Origin: Escherichia phage P1
Length of the DNA stretch: 64,000 bases
Reading direction: 5' to 3' (one strand)
Sequence record: MH445380.1
A model generated the notes under the pieces. That model did no database searches. It was not told the origin of the DNA and was given only the letters and a program-made list of their open reading frames with translations. The position numbers and the translations under genes are program-made. Below, piece after piece: positions 12,852-23,431 of this stretch; position 1 is the first letter of the stretch; every line of letters starts with the position of its first letter.

Positions 12852-13111
12852 CATTTATGAATGTTCCTGTTATGGCTTATGTTCAAGAAAGCATTGCCCC
12901 TGAAATGATGGGCAAGGTGTTTTCCCTTTTGATGACCGCCATGACTCTTTCTATGCCGATAGGCTTACTTGTTGCAGGTCCGGTTGTTGAGGTTATAGGT
13001 GTTAATACATGGTTTTTCTGGTCTGGTGTTGCGTTGATAGTAAACGCTGTTCTCTGCCGCATTCTGACACGACGCTATGACAAAGTAACAATGAAACCGC
13101 AAGTGGACTGA
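12852..13111 (+). pseudogene. mef(B): MFS efflux gene 3-prime remnant (260 bp), consistent with the mef(B) remnant reported beside sul3
   Basis: C-terminal MFS transmembrane segment ...PIGLLVAGPVVEVIGVNTWFFWSGVALIVNAVL...; begins at the IS26 boundary. Confidence 0.55.
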
Positions 13112-13256
13112 AAAAAGGACCGGGTTGATGATAATTTGTAGTGGTGAGCTTCTGGGAGTACAAAACAAAGTGCTCAAAATTGTCGGGCTCATGGCGTTTA
13201 ACGGTATTAATTTCGCTTATAATAATCTTTCTATAATAGCCTAAAGGAGAATATCT

Positions 13257-14120
13257 ATGATACCTAATAGCGAAAATAAAAGAGTATGGTTTATTACCGG
13301 AGCAAGCAAGGGGCTTGGCTATGCTTTTACATGCGCCGCCTTGAAAGCCGGGGATAAAGTTGTTGCAGTTGCAAGGACTATCGATAATTTGGCGAAGCTA
13401 GAAGAAACATATCAAGAGAGCTTACTGCCATTAAACCTCGATGTTACAGATAGGGAGGCTGTTTTTTCTACGGTTGAAACAGCAGTTAAACATTTCGGTA
13501 GGCTTGATATTGTTGTTAATAATGCGGGTATCATGACTATGGGTATGATTGAAGAACTAAACGAATCCGATGCTCGGAAACTAATGGACACAAACTTTTT
13601 TGGAGCTCTTTGGGTTTGTCAGGCAGTGATGCCCTATTTGAGGTCGCAGCGTTCTGGACATATCATACAGATTACAAGCATTGGCGCTATTATCTCGGGT
13701 CCGATGTCTGGTATTTACAGTGCAAGTAAATTTGCGCTGGAAGGAATGAGTGAAGCCTTAGCAAAAGAAGCGGAACATTTCGGAGTGAAACTCACTATGG
13801 TGGAACCAGGAGGATATTGGACAGATTTATACACTTCGATGAGTTACAGCAATCCATTAGATTCATACGGTACACTGCGCGATGAGCTGGCGAAACAGTA
13901 TTCCGAAGATTCGGTCGATAGTGATCCTTCCTTGGCAGCGGAAGCCCTTATGAAATTAGTAGCCAGCAATAATCCGCCTTTGAGGCTTATCCTTGGCAGC
14001 ATGGTATACGATTTGGCGATGGATACCTTAAAAGCACGGATGGCTACCTGGGAAGAATGGGAAGCTGTTAGCCGTGCATCAGAAAAGGCTATTCCTGCAC
14101 CGGAGAGATATGGAGTATAA
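13257..14120 (+). CDS. Short-chain dehydrogenase/reductase (SDR) family oxidoreductase
   Basis: N-terminal TGASKGLGYA Rossmann motif, NNAG motif, YSASK catalytic motif. Confidence 0.8.
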   Translation: MIPNSENKRVWFITGASKGLGYAFTCAALKAGDKVVAVARTIDNLAKLEETYQESLLPLNLDVTDREAVFSTVETAVKHFGRLDIVVNNAGIMTMGMIEELNESDARKLMDTNFFGALWVCQAVMPYLRSQRSGHIIQITSIGAIISGPMSGIYSASKFALEGMSEALAKEAEHFGVKLTMVEPGGYWTDLYTSMSYSNPLDSYGTLRDELAKQYSEDSVDSDPSLAAEALMKLVASNNPPLRLILGSMVYDLAMDTLKARMATWEEWEAVSRASEKAIPAPERYGV

Positions 14121-14157
14121 TACCAAACATGGTTTTTGAGGCAAGGACGAAACTATC

Positions 14158-14403
14158 ATGAAAATTGAAATTATGGAATATAACCCGGATTGGACAAAGA
14201 ATTTTGAAGAAGAGAAAATAAAATTGCTCCATTTTTTCGGTTCTCATGCCGTAGCCATTGAACATATCGGAAGCACGGCGATACCCAATCAACGGGCGAA
14301 ACCGGTTATAGATATATTTATTGGCGTTTCGCCTTTTGCTGAACTACCTTTTATCAGCGCATTTTTAATGCAAAGGAGTATCACCACACTCCGACAGATA
14401 TGA
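14158..14403 (+). pseudogene. GrpB-family protein N-terminal fragment
   Basis: MKIEIMEYNPDWTKNFEEEKIKLL...IEHIGSTAIPNQRAKPVIDI...; too short for a full GrpB protein. Confidence 0.4.
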
Positions 14404-14871
14404 CAGGCAGATATTTGTTTGCAAAATATACAAATGAAGTTTGGACCCATAATCTTCTTGCTTTGGTGTAGGTATAATACCCAAAAACGAAGTTTATGCG
14501 GAACAGGATAACACCTCGAAATCGGAGTTTATATGGCTTCGTGGGGGAGTTATGTGTTTGAGCTTTGTCGCATTAACGCGAATCAGGGGTTGACGGCAGA
14601 AATAGACTGGAATTACACTTCTTGGAGTCGGCGTTGCCGGAAAATTCTGATTGGATTAGTTGTTCGGGGTGCGAAAACAGTCGTAGTTCGGGGAAAAAAC
14701 CGAATTTTGACCCAAAACCGCGAAAAACTCGAAATGACAGTTCCTATCAGTTTTCATAATGAATTAAAACAAAAAAATTAGGCTGCAAAGATAGGGAAAA
14801 TGTGTCAATTTGCGTAAGTGATAATTAGTCAATTAAGATAAATGCTACTTTTGTAATCAAAGCAAAATGAT

Positions 14872-15663
14872 ATGAGCAAGATTTTTGGAATCGTAAATAT
14901 AACCACCGATAGTTTTTCCGATGGAGGACTTTATTTAGATACAGATAAGGCAATTGAGCATGCTCTGCATTTGGTTGAAGATGGAGCAGATGTGATTGAT
15001 TTGGGAGCCGCTTCCAGTAATCCTGATACAACTGAAGTGGGCGTTGTGGAAGAAATCAAAAGACTCAAACCTGTCATTAAGGCTTTAAAAGAAAAAGGCA
15101 TTTCTATTTCTGTTGATACATTTAAACCTGAGGTTCAGAGTTTTTGCATAGAACAAAAGGTTGATTTTATTAATGATATTCAAGGTTTTCCTTATCCTGA
15201 GATTTATTCAGGCTTGGCAAAGTCAGATTGCAAACTTGTGTTGATGCACTCCGTTCAGCGAATTGGTGCAGCTACTAAAGTTGAAACGAATCCGGAAGAG
15301 GTTTTTACTTCCATGATGGAATTTTTTAAAGAAAGAATTGCTGCTTTAGTTGAGGCTGGTGTAAAGCGTGAACGAATTATTCTTGATCCGGGTATGGGCT
15401 TCTTTTTAGGCTCTAATCCAGAAACATCTATTCTTGTTTTGAAGCGTTTCCCTGAAATTCAAGAAGCTTTTAATTTGCAAGTAATGATTGCAGTGTCACG
15501 GAAATCATTCTTAGGTAAAATAACTGGAACCGATGTGAAATCTCGTTTAGCACCAACTCTTGCAGCAGAAATGTATGCATACAAAAAAGGTGCAGATTAT
15601 CTCCGCACCCATGATGTTAAGTCTTTATCAGATGCCTTGAAAATATCCAAAGCCCTAGGTTAG
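14872..15663 (+). CDS. sul3: Sulfonamide-resistant dihydropteroate synthase Sul3 (263 aa)
   Basis: 263-aa DHPS-like ORF in the qacH-IS-sul3 context typical of sul3 integrons. Confidence 0.88.
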   Translation: MSKIFGIVNITTDSFSDGGLYLDTDKAIEHALHLVEDGADVIDLGAASSNPDTTEVGVVEEIKRLKPVIKALKEKGISISVDTFKPEVQSFCIEQKVDFINDIQGFPYPEIYSGLAKSDCKLVLMHSVQRIGAATKVETNPEEVFTSMMEFFKERIAALVEAGVKRERIILDPGMGFFLGSNPETSILVLKRFPEIQEAFNLQVMIAVSRKSFLGKITGTDVKSRLAPTLAAEMYAYKKGADYLRTHDVKSLSDALKISKALG

Positions 15664-15665
15664 TT

Positions 15666-15941
15666 TTATTTTTTTAGCTTTCTAAATGAATATGCTATAC
15701 TTGCTCTGAAGTTGTGTTGGCGTACTTGACTTAGGTCTGGATCTTTCGAACTGTTACTAAGAGGGTAATCATAGCCAAACATAAACTGGAAATGTCCTAA
15801 TTCTAAACCTGTTCCAATACCTACACTATAATCAAGAGGACTTAAACTTCCATCACTTCCAAAAGGTTTTGTGTACTTCTCTTGAGTTTTCGTAGCTAAA
15901 TAGTAGTGTTTGTTGGTAAATCCAAATAATCCAATATTCAA
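15666..15941 (-). pseudogene. Outer-membrane beta-barrel protein C-terminal fragment
   Basis: Ends ...RASIAYSF-RKLKK with alternating hydrophobic pattern; only ~90 codons, no start context. Confidence 0.3.
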
Positions 15942-16596
15942 TCTTGCGACCGGGAAAGTCCTCTTGAAAGTACCACAAGTTCGCGGGATGGAGTTTTATC
16001 CCAGCTGCATCGAGAAAGGCATGCGCAGTGAGCGTGCTCTCAAGCTCGCCATCGCCGAAATGTATGTCAAAGGAGTAAGTACCCGCAGGGTCTCGGATAT
16101 CGTCGAAATTCTTTGTGGCACCGAAGTCAGCTCGTCCCAGGTCAGCAGGCTGGCAAAGGAGCTCGATGAAGAGATTACGTCTTGGAAGGCGCAGCCTGTC
16201 GGACAGATTCAATACTTGGTACTTGATGCGACCTATGAATCGGTTCGCGTCGGTTCCCATGTGGTCAAGCAGGCGCTTCTAGTGGCTATTGGCGTTGATT
16301 ACAGCGGGAATCGGCATATTCTTGACGCCGAAGTCGCGAACAGTGAGGCAGAGGTAAACTGGCGTTCCTTTCTCGAGGGTCTCGTACGACGAGGGATGCA
16401 CGGCCTGCGAATGATCACCAGTGATGACCACTCAGGACTGCGCGCGGCAATCGATGCTGTCTTCCCTGGAATTCTGTGGCAACGCTGCCAGTTTCATCTG
16501 CAGCAGAATGCCCACTCCTACGTCACGAAAAAAGATGAGATCCCGCTGATAGCCGCTGATATTCGGAAGGTGTTCAATCGGAATATGTCAAGATAG
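15910..16596 (+). pseudogene. IS256-family (IS440-like) transposase, internal fragment
   Basis: Aligns to the central DDE region of IS256-type transposases (...EMYVKGVSTRRVSDIVEILCG...WQRCQFHLQQN...); both termini missing. Confidence 0.7.
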
Positions 16597-16772
16597 TTTA
16601 TGCCAGATTTTTGAGAGGTTTGCATCAAGCAGCCTTCGAAAGAGGACGGCATGACATTGAGACCGGCAAGGCGTCGTAGATACGCACTTTCCCAGTACGC
16701 CACCGTAAGGGGTTTTTCTCTTTGGCAGCAAGAATGGTTTGGTTTCTTTTTTCCTCGGCGCCGTAGGCGTCC

Positions 16773-16832
16773 GACTAACACCTGAATTAAGCCGCGCCGC
16801 GAAGCGGCGTCGGCTTGAATGAACTGTTAGAT
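16773..16832 (-). other. attC recombination site of the qacH cassette
   Basis: ctaacacctgaattaagccgcgccgcgaagcggcgtcggcttgaatgaactgttagatg, imperfect palindrome with core sites. Confidence 0.6.
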
Positions 16833-16842
16833 GCCAGCCCGA

Positions 16843-17181
16843 TCAATGTGCGCTGACCTTGGATAGCAGATTTAGAACGGCGACGCCACTAACGATAAGT
16901 CCCATGCCAACGAACGCCCACAAGTCTAGTTTCTGGCCATGGAAGATCCAAGCGATAGCTGCCACAAGTACGATGCCGAGGCCAGCCCAAACAGCATAAG
17001 CAATGCCGACCGGGATGGACTTGAGTGCGAGAGAGAGGAAATAGAACGCAAGCCCGTAGCCAGCCACAACTACAACAGAAGGAACTAACTTGGTGAATCC
17101 ATGGCTGGACTTCAGTGCGGAAGTTGCGACGACCTCACCAAATATTGCAATAGCCAGAAAGAGCCAGTTCTTCACGTGCAA
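16843..17181 (-). CDS. qacH: SMR-family quaternary ammonium efflux protein QacH/QacL-type
   Basis: 112-aa four-TM SMR ORF with conserved membrane glutamate; cassette position after aadA1. Confidence 0.85.
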   Translation of the reverse strand: MHVKNWLFLAIAIFGEVVATSALKSSHGFTKLVPSVVVVAGYGLAFYFLSLALKSIPVGIAYAVWAGLGIVLVAAIAWIFHGQKLDLWAFVGMGLIVSGVAVLNLLSKVSAH

Positions 17182-17283
17182 TCTCCTCTACGGTATGAAG
17201 GATAAATAGTGGTGGCTATGAGTTGCCAAAAACAGTCTTGCGGCTGTCGATTTTCTGTGAGCATACGCAACGCCAAATCTGGC

Positions 17284-17343
17284 ATCTAACGCTTGAGTTA
17301 AGCCGCGCCGCGAAGCGGCGTCGGCTTGAACGAATTGTTAGAC
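17284..17343 (-). other. attC site of the aadA1 cassette
   Basis: Reverse complement reads gtctaacaattcgttcaagccgacgccgcttcgcggcgcggcttaactcaagcgttagatg. Confidence 0.75.
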
Positions 17344-17344
17344 A

Positions 17345-18136
17345 TTATTTGCCGACTACCTTGGTGATCTCGCCTTTCACGTAGTGAACAAATTCTTCCA
17401 ACTGATCTGCGCGGGAGGCCAAGCGATCTTCTTCTTGTCCAAGATAAGCCTGTCTAGCTTCAAGTATGACGGGCTGATACTGGGCCGGCAGGCGCTCCAT
17501 TGCCCAGTCGGCAGCGACATCCTTCGGCGCGATTTTGCCGGTTACTGCGCTGTACCAAATGCGGGACAACGTAAGCACTACATTTCGCTCATCGCCAGCC
17601 CAGTCGGGCGGCGAGTTCCATAGCGTTAAGGTTTCATTTAGCGCCTCAAATAGATCCTGTTCAGGAACCGGATCAAAGAGTTCCTCCGCCGCTGGACCTA
17701 CCAAGGCAACGCTATGTTCTCTTGCTTTTGTCAGCAAGATAGCCAGATCAATGTCGATCGTGGCTGGCTCGAAGATACCTGCAAGAATGTCATTGCGCTG
17801 CCATTCTCCAAATTGCAGTTCGCGCTTAGCTGGATAACGCCACGGAATGATGTCGTCGTGCACAACAATGGTGACTTCTACAGCGCGGAGAATCTCGCTC
17901 TCTCCAGGGGAAGCCGAAGTTTCCAAAAGGTCGTTGATCAAAGCTCGCCGCGTTGTTTCATCAAGCCTTACGGTCACCGTAACCAGCAAATCAATATCAC
18001 TGTGTGGCTTCAGGCCGCCATCCACTGCGGAGCCGTACAAATGTACGGCCAGCAACGTCGGTTCGAGATGGCGCTCGATGACGCCAACTACCTCTGATAG
18101 TTGAGTCGATACTTCGGCGATCACCGCTTCCCTCAT
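17345..18136 (-). CDS. aadA1: Aminoglycoside 3''-adenylyltransferase AadA1 (263 aa)
   Basis: ORF MREAVIAEVSTQLSEVVGVIERHLEPTLLAVHLYGSAVDGGLKPHSDIDLLVTV... Confidence 0.95.
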   Translation of the reverse strand: MREAVIAEVSTQLSEVVGVIERHLEPTLLAVHLYGSAVDGGLKPHSDIDLLVTVTVRLDETTRRALINDLLETSASPGESEILRAVEVTIVVHDDIIPWRYPAKRELQFGEWQRNDILAGIFEPATIDIDLAILLTKAREHSVALVGPAAEELFDPVPEQDLFEALNETLTLWNSPPDWAGDERNVVLTLSRIWYSAVTGKIAPKDVAADWAMERLPAQYQPVILEARQAYLGQEEDRLASRADQLEEFVHYVKGEITKVVGK

Positions 18137-18228
18137 GATGTTTAACGCCTGAGCTCAGCCGACCGAAACCGCGTAGCGGTTTTGGGTCGGCTGCAGCGAT
18201 TTGTTGGGCGATAGCTTGCCACATTCTC

Positions 18229-19488
18229 TCAACGATTGGGATTTGATGTACTTTCCGCACTTTGTAGCGCGACCACATCATGCTCCCCCTGGCCGCGAGA
18301 GCCCTTCACTCGGGAAACACAAGACAGACCGAGCACGACTGTTGCAAGGGTCAAACAGTACACGACAACCGGCCAAGCCGTGTTGCGCGGCAACAGCGAA
18401 ATGATCAACGTTCCGATGCTTCCTAGCAGTACACCGCCCAAGCAGAAGTAGACTGCCGTGACCGTTCCAGCAACATGGTCGAATCCTCGAAGAGCGCCAT
18501 TGGGCGCCACAGATACCGCTGTGGCGACACCAATACCCACTAGCCACATTGGAGCAATAAAGCCTAACACGGACTGCAAAGCCCATATTTCGGTGATGGC
18601 AAGCAATACTGCTCCAGCTATCAGGCATCCCATTCCCATTCGCAAGACACTTGGGCTGCCCCACTTGGGTATCACACGCCCCATAAAACGAGCCGTAAAC
18701 ACCATGGCAATTGCCACTGTGGCGAACAGCAGGCTGAAGCCAAGCTGAGACACACCTTGCCTGCCCATCATTAGTCCGGGCGCAATGGAGAAAAAGACGA
18801 AGAAGCTACCCATTCCAGCGGCGTAACACAACGTGTACAACCAGAAGTTCAGGCACTTAACGGGGAGTAGCAGCTGCGACCATTGCAAGCCCGCAACTCG
18901 TTGCACCCGGGTTTCAGGCCAGAATCGCCACGCTGCTGCAGATGCAGCGATCATGCCCAAACCTAGAAACGCAAAGATAGCCCGCCACCCAAGCCACATG
19001 TCGACGAGCGCTCCGAGCAATGGGCCTACCGCCGGGACCATGGCCAGCATGGATCCGAGTATGCCGTAAATGACATTACTTTCCTCGCGACCTGCGTAAA
19101 TGTCACGTACTGTTGCAAATGTGGAAACAAGGCACGCCGAGGCACCACAAGCCTGAAGAATCCGAAGCCCCAGAAAGACTTCAGCCGATGACGTAAGAGC
19201 GAGGCCCATTGACGCCACAACGTAGGCGAGGCCACCTCCCAGTAGAACGGGGCGGCGCCCCAGTCGGTCCGATAGCGGTCCAAACAAGAGCTGACCGGCA
19301 CCAATCATGACCAAGTACGTTGTCAGCGTAAGCTGAATTGTGCTCGCTGTCGTACCAAGCGCGTTTGGCATAAACGGCACTGCTGGCAAGTACATGTCCA
19401 TGCCGAGTGATGCCAATAAATCGAACGGTGATAACAACAACACCGTGGCGGCAAGGGAGTACCGCCAACTAAAGTTTTTTGAGCTCAC
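18229..19488 (-). CDS. cmlA1: Chloramphenicol efflux MFS transporter CmlA1 (419 aa, GTG start inferred)
   Basis: 12-TM MFS ORF; track ORF extends 16 codons upstream of the VSSKNFSWRY start; long 5-prime leader before the aadA2 attC. Confidence 0.9.
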   Translation of the reverse strand: MSSKNFSWRYSLAATVLLLSPFDLLASLGMDMYLPAVPFMPNALGTTASTIQLTLTTYLVMIGAGQLLFGPLSDRLGRRPVLLGGGLAYVVASMGLALTSSAEVFLGLRILQACGASACLVSTFATVRDIYAGREESNVIYGILGSMLAMVPAVGPLLGALVDMWLGWRAIFAFLGLGMIAASAAAWRFWPETRVQRVAGLQWSQLLLPVKCLNFWLYTLCYAAGMGSFFVFFSIAPGLMMGRQGVSQLGFSLLFATVAIAMVFTARFMGRVIPKWGSPSVLRMGMGCLIAGAVLLAITEIWALQSVLGFIAPMWLVGIGVATAVSVAPNGALRGFDHVAGTVTAVYFCLGGVLLGSIGTLIISLLPRNTAWPVVVYCLTLATVVLGLSCVSRVKGSRGQGEHDVVALQSAESTSNPNR

Positions 19489-19688
19489 GAAACCATCTCC
19501 TTGAACAAAGGATTTGGCGGCGCTCCCGTAGAGCAAAAGGATTCATGAGAACGCCGCAACAACCGAAAAATGAAGGTTGCTGCGGCTTACTTGTCTGCGT
19601 TCTTGGAAGTGCTCATCTGCTGACTATCTCATGATTGAATTTGAATCGTAACAACTTTCAAGCAACTCTGCAAGGAGCCTTATTGTGC

Positions 19689-19748
19689 GCCCAACGCCGG
19701 AGTTAAGCCGCCGCGCGTAGCGCGGTCGGCTTGAACGAATTGTTAGAC
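19689..19748 (-). other. attC site of the aadA2 cassette
   Basis: gagttaagccgccgcgcgtagcgcggtcggcttgaacgaattgttagac. Confidence 0.65.
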
Positions 19749-19749
19749 A

Positions 19750-20541
19750 TCATTTACCAACTGACTTGATGATCTCGCCTTTCACAAAGCGAATAAATTC
19801 TTCCAAGTGATCTGCGCGTGAGGCCAAGTGATCTTCTTTTTGTCCCAGATAAGCTTGCTTAGCTTCAAGTAAGACGGGCTGATACTGGGCAGGTAGGCGT
19901 TTTATTGCCCAGTCGGCAGCGACATCCTTCGGCGCGATTTTGCCGGTTATTGCGCTGTACCAAATGCGGGACAACGTAAGCACTACATTTCGCTCATCGC
20001 CGGCCCAGTCGGGCTGCGAGTTCCATAGCTTCAAGGTTTCCCTCAGCGCCTCGAATAGATCCTGTTCAGGAACCGGGTCAAAGAATTCCTCCGCTGCCGG
20101 ACCTACCAAGGCAACGCTATGTTCTCTTGCTTTTGTAAGCAGGATAGCTAGATCAATGTCGATCATGGCTGGCTCGAAGATACCCGCAAGAATGTCATTG
20201 CGCTGCCATTCTCCAAATTGCAGCTCGCGCTTAGCCGGATAACGCCACGGGATGATGTCGTCATGCACGACAAGGGTGACTTCTATAGCGCGGAGCGTCT
20301 CGCTCTCGCCAGGGAAAGCCGAAGCCTCCATAAGGTCATTGAGCAATGCTCGCCGCGTCGTTTCATCAAGCTTTACGGCCACAGTAACCAACAAATCAAT
20401 ATCGCTGTATGGCTTCAGGCCGCCATCCACTGCGGAGCCGTACAAATGCACGGCCAGCAACGTTGATTCCAGATGGCGCTCAATGACGCTTAGCACCTCT
20501 GATAGTTGGTTCGAAATTTCGATGGTCACCGCTACCCTCAT
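19750..20541 (-). CDS. aadA2: Aminoglycoside 3''-adenylyltransferase AadA2
   Basis: ORF MRVAVTIEISNQLSEVLSVIERHLESTLLAVHLYGSAVDGGLKPYSDIDLLVTV...; paralog of aadA1. Confidence 0.9.
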   Translation of the reverse strand: MRVAVTIEISNQLSEVLSVIERHLESTLLAVHLYGSAVDGGLKPYSDIDLLVTVAVKLDETTRRALLNDLMEASAFPGESETLRAIEVTLVVHDDIIPWRYPAKRELQFGEWQRNDILAGIFEPAMIDIDLAILLTKAREHSVALVGPAAEEFFDPVPEQDLFEALRETLKLWNSQPDWAGDERNVVLTLSRIWYSAITGKIAPKDVAADWAIKRLPAQYQPVLLEAKQAYLGQKEDHLASRADHLEEFIRFVKGEIIKSVGK

Positions 20542-20598
20542 GATGTCTAACACCAGAATTAAGCCGCGCCGCGAAGCGGCGTCGGCTTGAATGACTTG

Positions 20599-21207
20599 TT
20601 AGCGCCCACCTGCGACGCCAACCTCTTGCCACTGATAGTACTGCTTAGTAGCAATGGCCAGCATATCCAGGTCCTCCGGCGTGTCTCCGTACGCGTAGAT
20701 GGTCGGATATGTCGCCAGGTCGTAGCGCTCACGGACCAAGCGAGCCTTCTCCGTCAAGACGCACTGCCGCCCTTCATAGCGGCCCGTTAGGATTCCGTCC
20801 GACTGTTGCAAGGAAGAACAGATGAGCTCAACGCCGTGCGAGTCGCACCACGGCTCCAAGTAAGCCTCAAGTCCGCCGGAAACAACGACAACCTTGTGCC
20901 CCTGCGCTTTGTGCCATGCGATGCGCTGCATTGCCTCGCCGCGGAGGGTATTGGGCAGGTAGCTCTGAGCGAAGTCACGACCTTGGGCCTCCAGGACCGA
21001 GGCCGGGATGCCGCTGTAAGCGAAGCGAACGATGACGCGACGGATCAGGGTGCCAGACAAGATCCCAATCTTATACCCAAGCACGAGCGGCGCCAGAAGC
21101 AGTTGTCCCACAAGCAGTCGACGTCGGCTCACGGACCGCCGCACAAAATCCGGCATCGTCTCGCGAGTGGTAATTGTGCCATCGAAGTCAAAGAGTGCGA
21201 GAGACAT
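20599..21207 (-). CDS. psp: HAD-family hydrolase, putative phosphoserine phosphatase cassette (psp)
   Basis: N-terminal FDFDGT HAD motif; position between estX and aadA2 as in estX-psp-aadA2-cmlA1-aadA1-qacH arrays. Confidence 0.75.
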   Translation of the reverse strand: MSLALFDFDGTITTRETMPDFVRRSVSRRRLLVGQLLLAPLVLGYKIGILSGTLIRRVIVRFAYSGIPASVLEAQGRDFAQSYLPNTLRGEAMQRIAWHKAQGHKVVVVSGGLEAYLEPWCDSHGVELICSSLQQSDGILTGRYEGRQCVLTEKARLVRERYDLATYPTIYAYGDTPEDLDMLAIATKQYYQWQEVGVAGGR

Positions 21208-21302
21208 GCGTTGTGGGCGCTAACGCCTTGCTCACCGGAAAATTGCGAGCGCAGCGAGTAATTTTTCCGGTGCAGCAACTTGTTGTACGGTGCAACCGAT
21301 AG

Positions 21303-22145
21303 CTATGACGTTTGCCCCTTAATCGCCTGGATAATCCTCGGCCAGTCTTCATGATGCAACTCATGTCCCGTGCCTTCGAGTGTCAGCATTTTTGAACCAC
21401 GAATCGCATCTTTCAGTGCCAACCCATGCACATAAGGAAGTACAGGATCCTCCGTGCCGTGAATGATCAAAGTTGGTACAGCTATCTCATTTAATCTCCC
21501 GAGCCATCTCTCGCCACCACCTAAAGTAGTGTGGTTGAATGTTGTCAGGATATTCGGAGTGCGATCAAAATTTAACTCAGCGATGTTTTGTATCTTCTCA
21601 GCGTCAAAAGCATGCGCAGTACCTGAGTTGATTCGCCACGCTCCGACCTGATACGCGACGACAGCATCTCTATCAGACCAATCCAGCGATTCCGCCCGTT
21701 GGTGATACTCAATGATGGCAGGATCAAAAGCGGGCATATCCGGATCTGCATCTGCAAGCCGTTCTGAAGCAATCAGCGTCAAGCTCTTCACACGTTTCGG
21801 ATACTTGAGAGCTACAAGCTGGGAAAGAAATCCCCCCAAAGACATGCCGACTAAATGAGCAGCTTCCAGACCATAACCATCAATGACGCGAACCACATCA
21901 TCTGCTAATTCTTCAACGGAATATGGAGCCTGACCTGGCTCATAGCTTGTTGATTTCCCGGTATCACGGTGGTCGTACCGGATCACATAGCGACCCATTT
22001 TGGCAAGTTGGGAACAAAACTCATCAGGCCACCACACCGCAGACGACATTGCCCCCATGATCAGAATAATGGGTTCATGGGCCGGGTCGCCGAATGATTC
22101 GGTATAGAGTGAAATCGCTTTATCAACAACTACCTTTTCTTTCAT
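21303..22145 (-). CDS. estX: Alpha/beta-hydrolase esterase cassette EstX (280 aa)
   Basis: GMSLGG nucleophile elbow; ATG at 22145 (MKEKVVVDK); track ORF extends into attI1. Confidence 0.8.
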   Translation of the reverse strand: MKEKVVVDKAISLYTESFGDPAHEPIILIMGAMSSAVWWPDEFCSQLAKMGRYVIRYDHRDTGKSTSYEPGQAPYSVEELADDVVRVIDGYGLEAAHLVGMSLGGFLSQLVALKYPKRVKSLTLIASERLADADPDMPAFDPAIIEYHQRAESLDWSDRDAVVAYQVGAWRINSGTAHAFDAEKIQNIAELNFDRTPNILTTFNHTTLGGGERWLGRLNEIAVPTLIIHGTEDPVLPYVHGLALKDAIRGSKMLTLEGTGHELHHEDWPRIIQAIKGQTS

Positions 22146-22311
22146 ACTTAAATTGCCTTCGAGTTCTACGTACAACTTTGTTTTAGGGCGACTGCCCTGC
22201 TGCGTAACATCGTTGCTGCTCCATAACATCAAACATCGACCCACGGCGTAACGCGCTTGCTGCTTGGATGCTCGAGGCATAGACTGTACAAAAAAACAGT
22301 CATAACAAGCC
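22146..22311. other. attI1 integron recombination region (first integron)
   Basis: Sequence between the intI1 start and the first cassette; mirrored at 25124..25269 in the second integron. Confidence 0.6.
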
Positions 22312-23040
22312 ATGAAAACCGCCACTGCGCCGTTACCACCGCTGCGTTCGGTCAAGGTTCTGGACCAGTTGCGTGAGCGCATACGCTACTTGCATTACAG
22401 TTTACGAACCGAACAGGCTTATGTCCACTGGGTTCGTGCCTTCATCCGTTTCCACGGTGTGCGTCACCCGGCAACCTTGGGCAGCAGCGAAGTCGAGGCA
22501 TTTCTGTCCTGGCTGGCGAACGAGCGCAAGGTTTCGGTCTCCACGCATCGTCAGGCATTGGCGGCCTTGCTGTTCTTCTACGGCAAGGTGCTGTGCACGG
22601 ATCTGCCCTGGCTTCAGGAGATCGGAAGACCTCGGCCGTCGCGGCGCTTGCCGGTGGTGCTGACCCCGGATGAAGTGGTTCGCATCCTCGGTTTTCTGGA
22701 AGGCGAGCATCGTTTGTTCGCCCAGCTTCTGTATGGAACGGGCATGCGGATCAGTGAGGGTTTGCAACTGCGGGTCAAGGATCTGGATTTCGATCACGGC
22801 ACGATCATCGTGCGGGAGGGCAAGGGCTCCAAGGATCGGGCCTTGATGTTACCCGAGAGCTTGGCACCCAGCCTGCGCGAGCAGCTGTCGCGTGCTGTCG
22901 CGTGCACGGGCATGGTGGCTGAAGGACCAGGCCGAGGGCCGCAGCGGCGTTGCGCTTCCCGACGCCCTTGAGCGGAAGTATCCGCGCGCCGGGCATTCCT
23001 GGCCGTGGTTCTGGGTTTTTGCGCAGCACACGCATTCGAC
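22312..23040 (+). pseudogene. intI1: intI1 pseudogene: 10-bp tandem duplication frameshift plus 3-prime truncation
   Basis: Identical to the intact intI1 (24110..25123) up to codon ~196; then ctgtcgcgtg duplicated at ~22885..22904; frame lost; junction with tnpR sequence at 23040/23041. Confidence 0.85.
22399..22427 (-). promoter_or_regulatory. Integron Pc promoter (TGGACA-17 bp-TAAACT)
   Basis: Hexamers read on the cassette (minus) strand inside the intI1 5-prime region. Confidence 0.6.
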
Positions 23041-23431
23041 CAATACCCTCGCGCTGACGCTCGCGGATCAGGGCGCGCTCGAACTCGGCGAACGCGCCCA
23101 TCACCGAGAGCATCAGGTTCGCCATCGGAGAGTCTTCGCCAGTAAAACTGAGGTGTTCCTTGACGAATTCGATATGCACGCCGCGTTGTGTCAGCGTTTG
23201 CACGATCCGGCGCAAATCATCGAGATTGCGCGCCAGGCGATCCATGCTATGCACCACCACGGTGTCGCCGGTGCGGGCGAAGCTTATCAGCGCTTCCAGT
23301 TGCGGACGCTTGACATCCTTGCCGGATGCCTTGTCGCTAAAAGCGCGATCAACCTTGACGCCTTCCAGTTGCCGTTCCGGGTTCTGGTCGAAGGTGCTGA
23401 CCCTGATATACCCAATGCGCTGTCCAGTCAT
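23041..23431 (-). pseudogene. tnpR: Tn21-type tnpR, 5-prime ~130 codons only (3-prime end deleted at junction with intI1)
   Basis: Identical to 8786..9176; the 208-aa track ORF is a read-through into intI1 antisense. Confidence 0.85.

Noticed and set aside
14533-14781. 82-aa ORF upstream of sul3
   Set aside because: No recognisable motifs or start context; lies in the presumed sul3 promoter region; kept unannotated.
16773-21300. Recurring ~60-bp element (gccgcgccgcgaagcggcgtcggcttgaa core) at roughly 0.8 to 1.3 kb spacing, superficially CRISPR-like
   Set aside because: These are integron attC sites following each cassette; spacing equals cassette length, the repeats are imperfect palindromes, and no cas genes are present.
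22805-23431. 208-aa ORF starting like TnpR
   Set aside because: Only the first ~130 codons are tnpR; beyond the junction at 23040 the frame runs antisense through the intI1 pseudogene.
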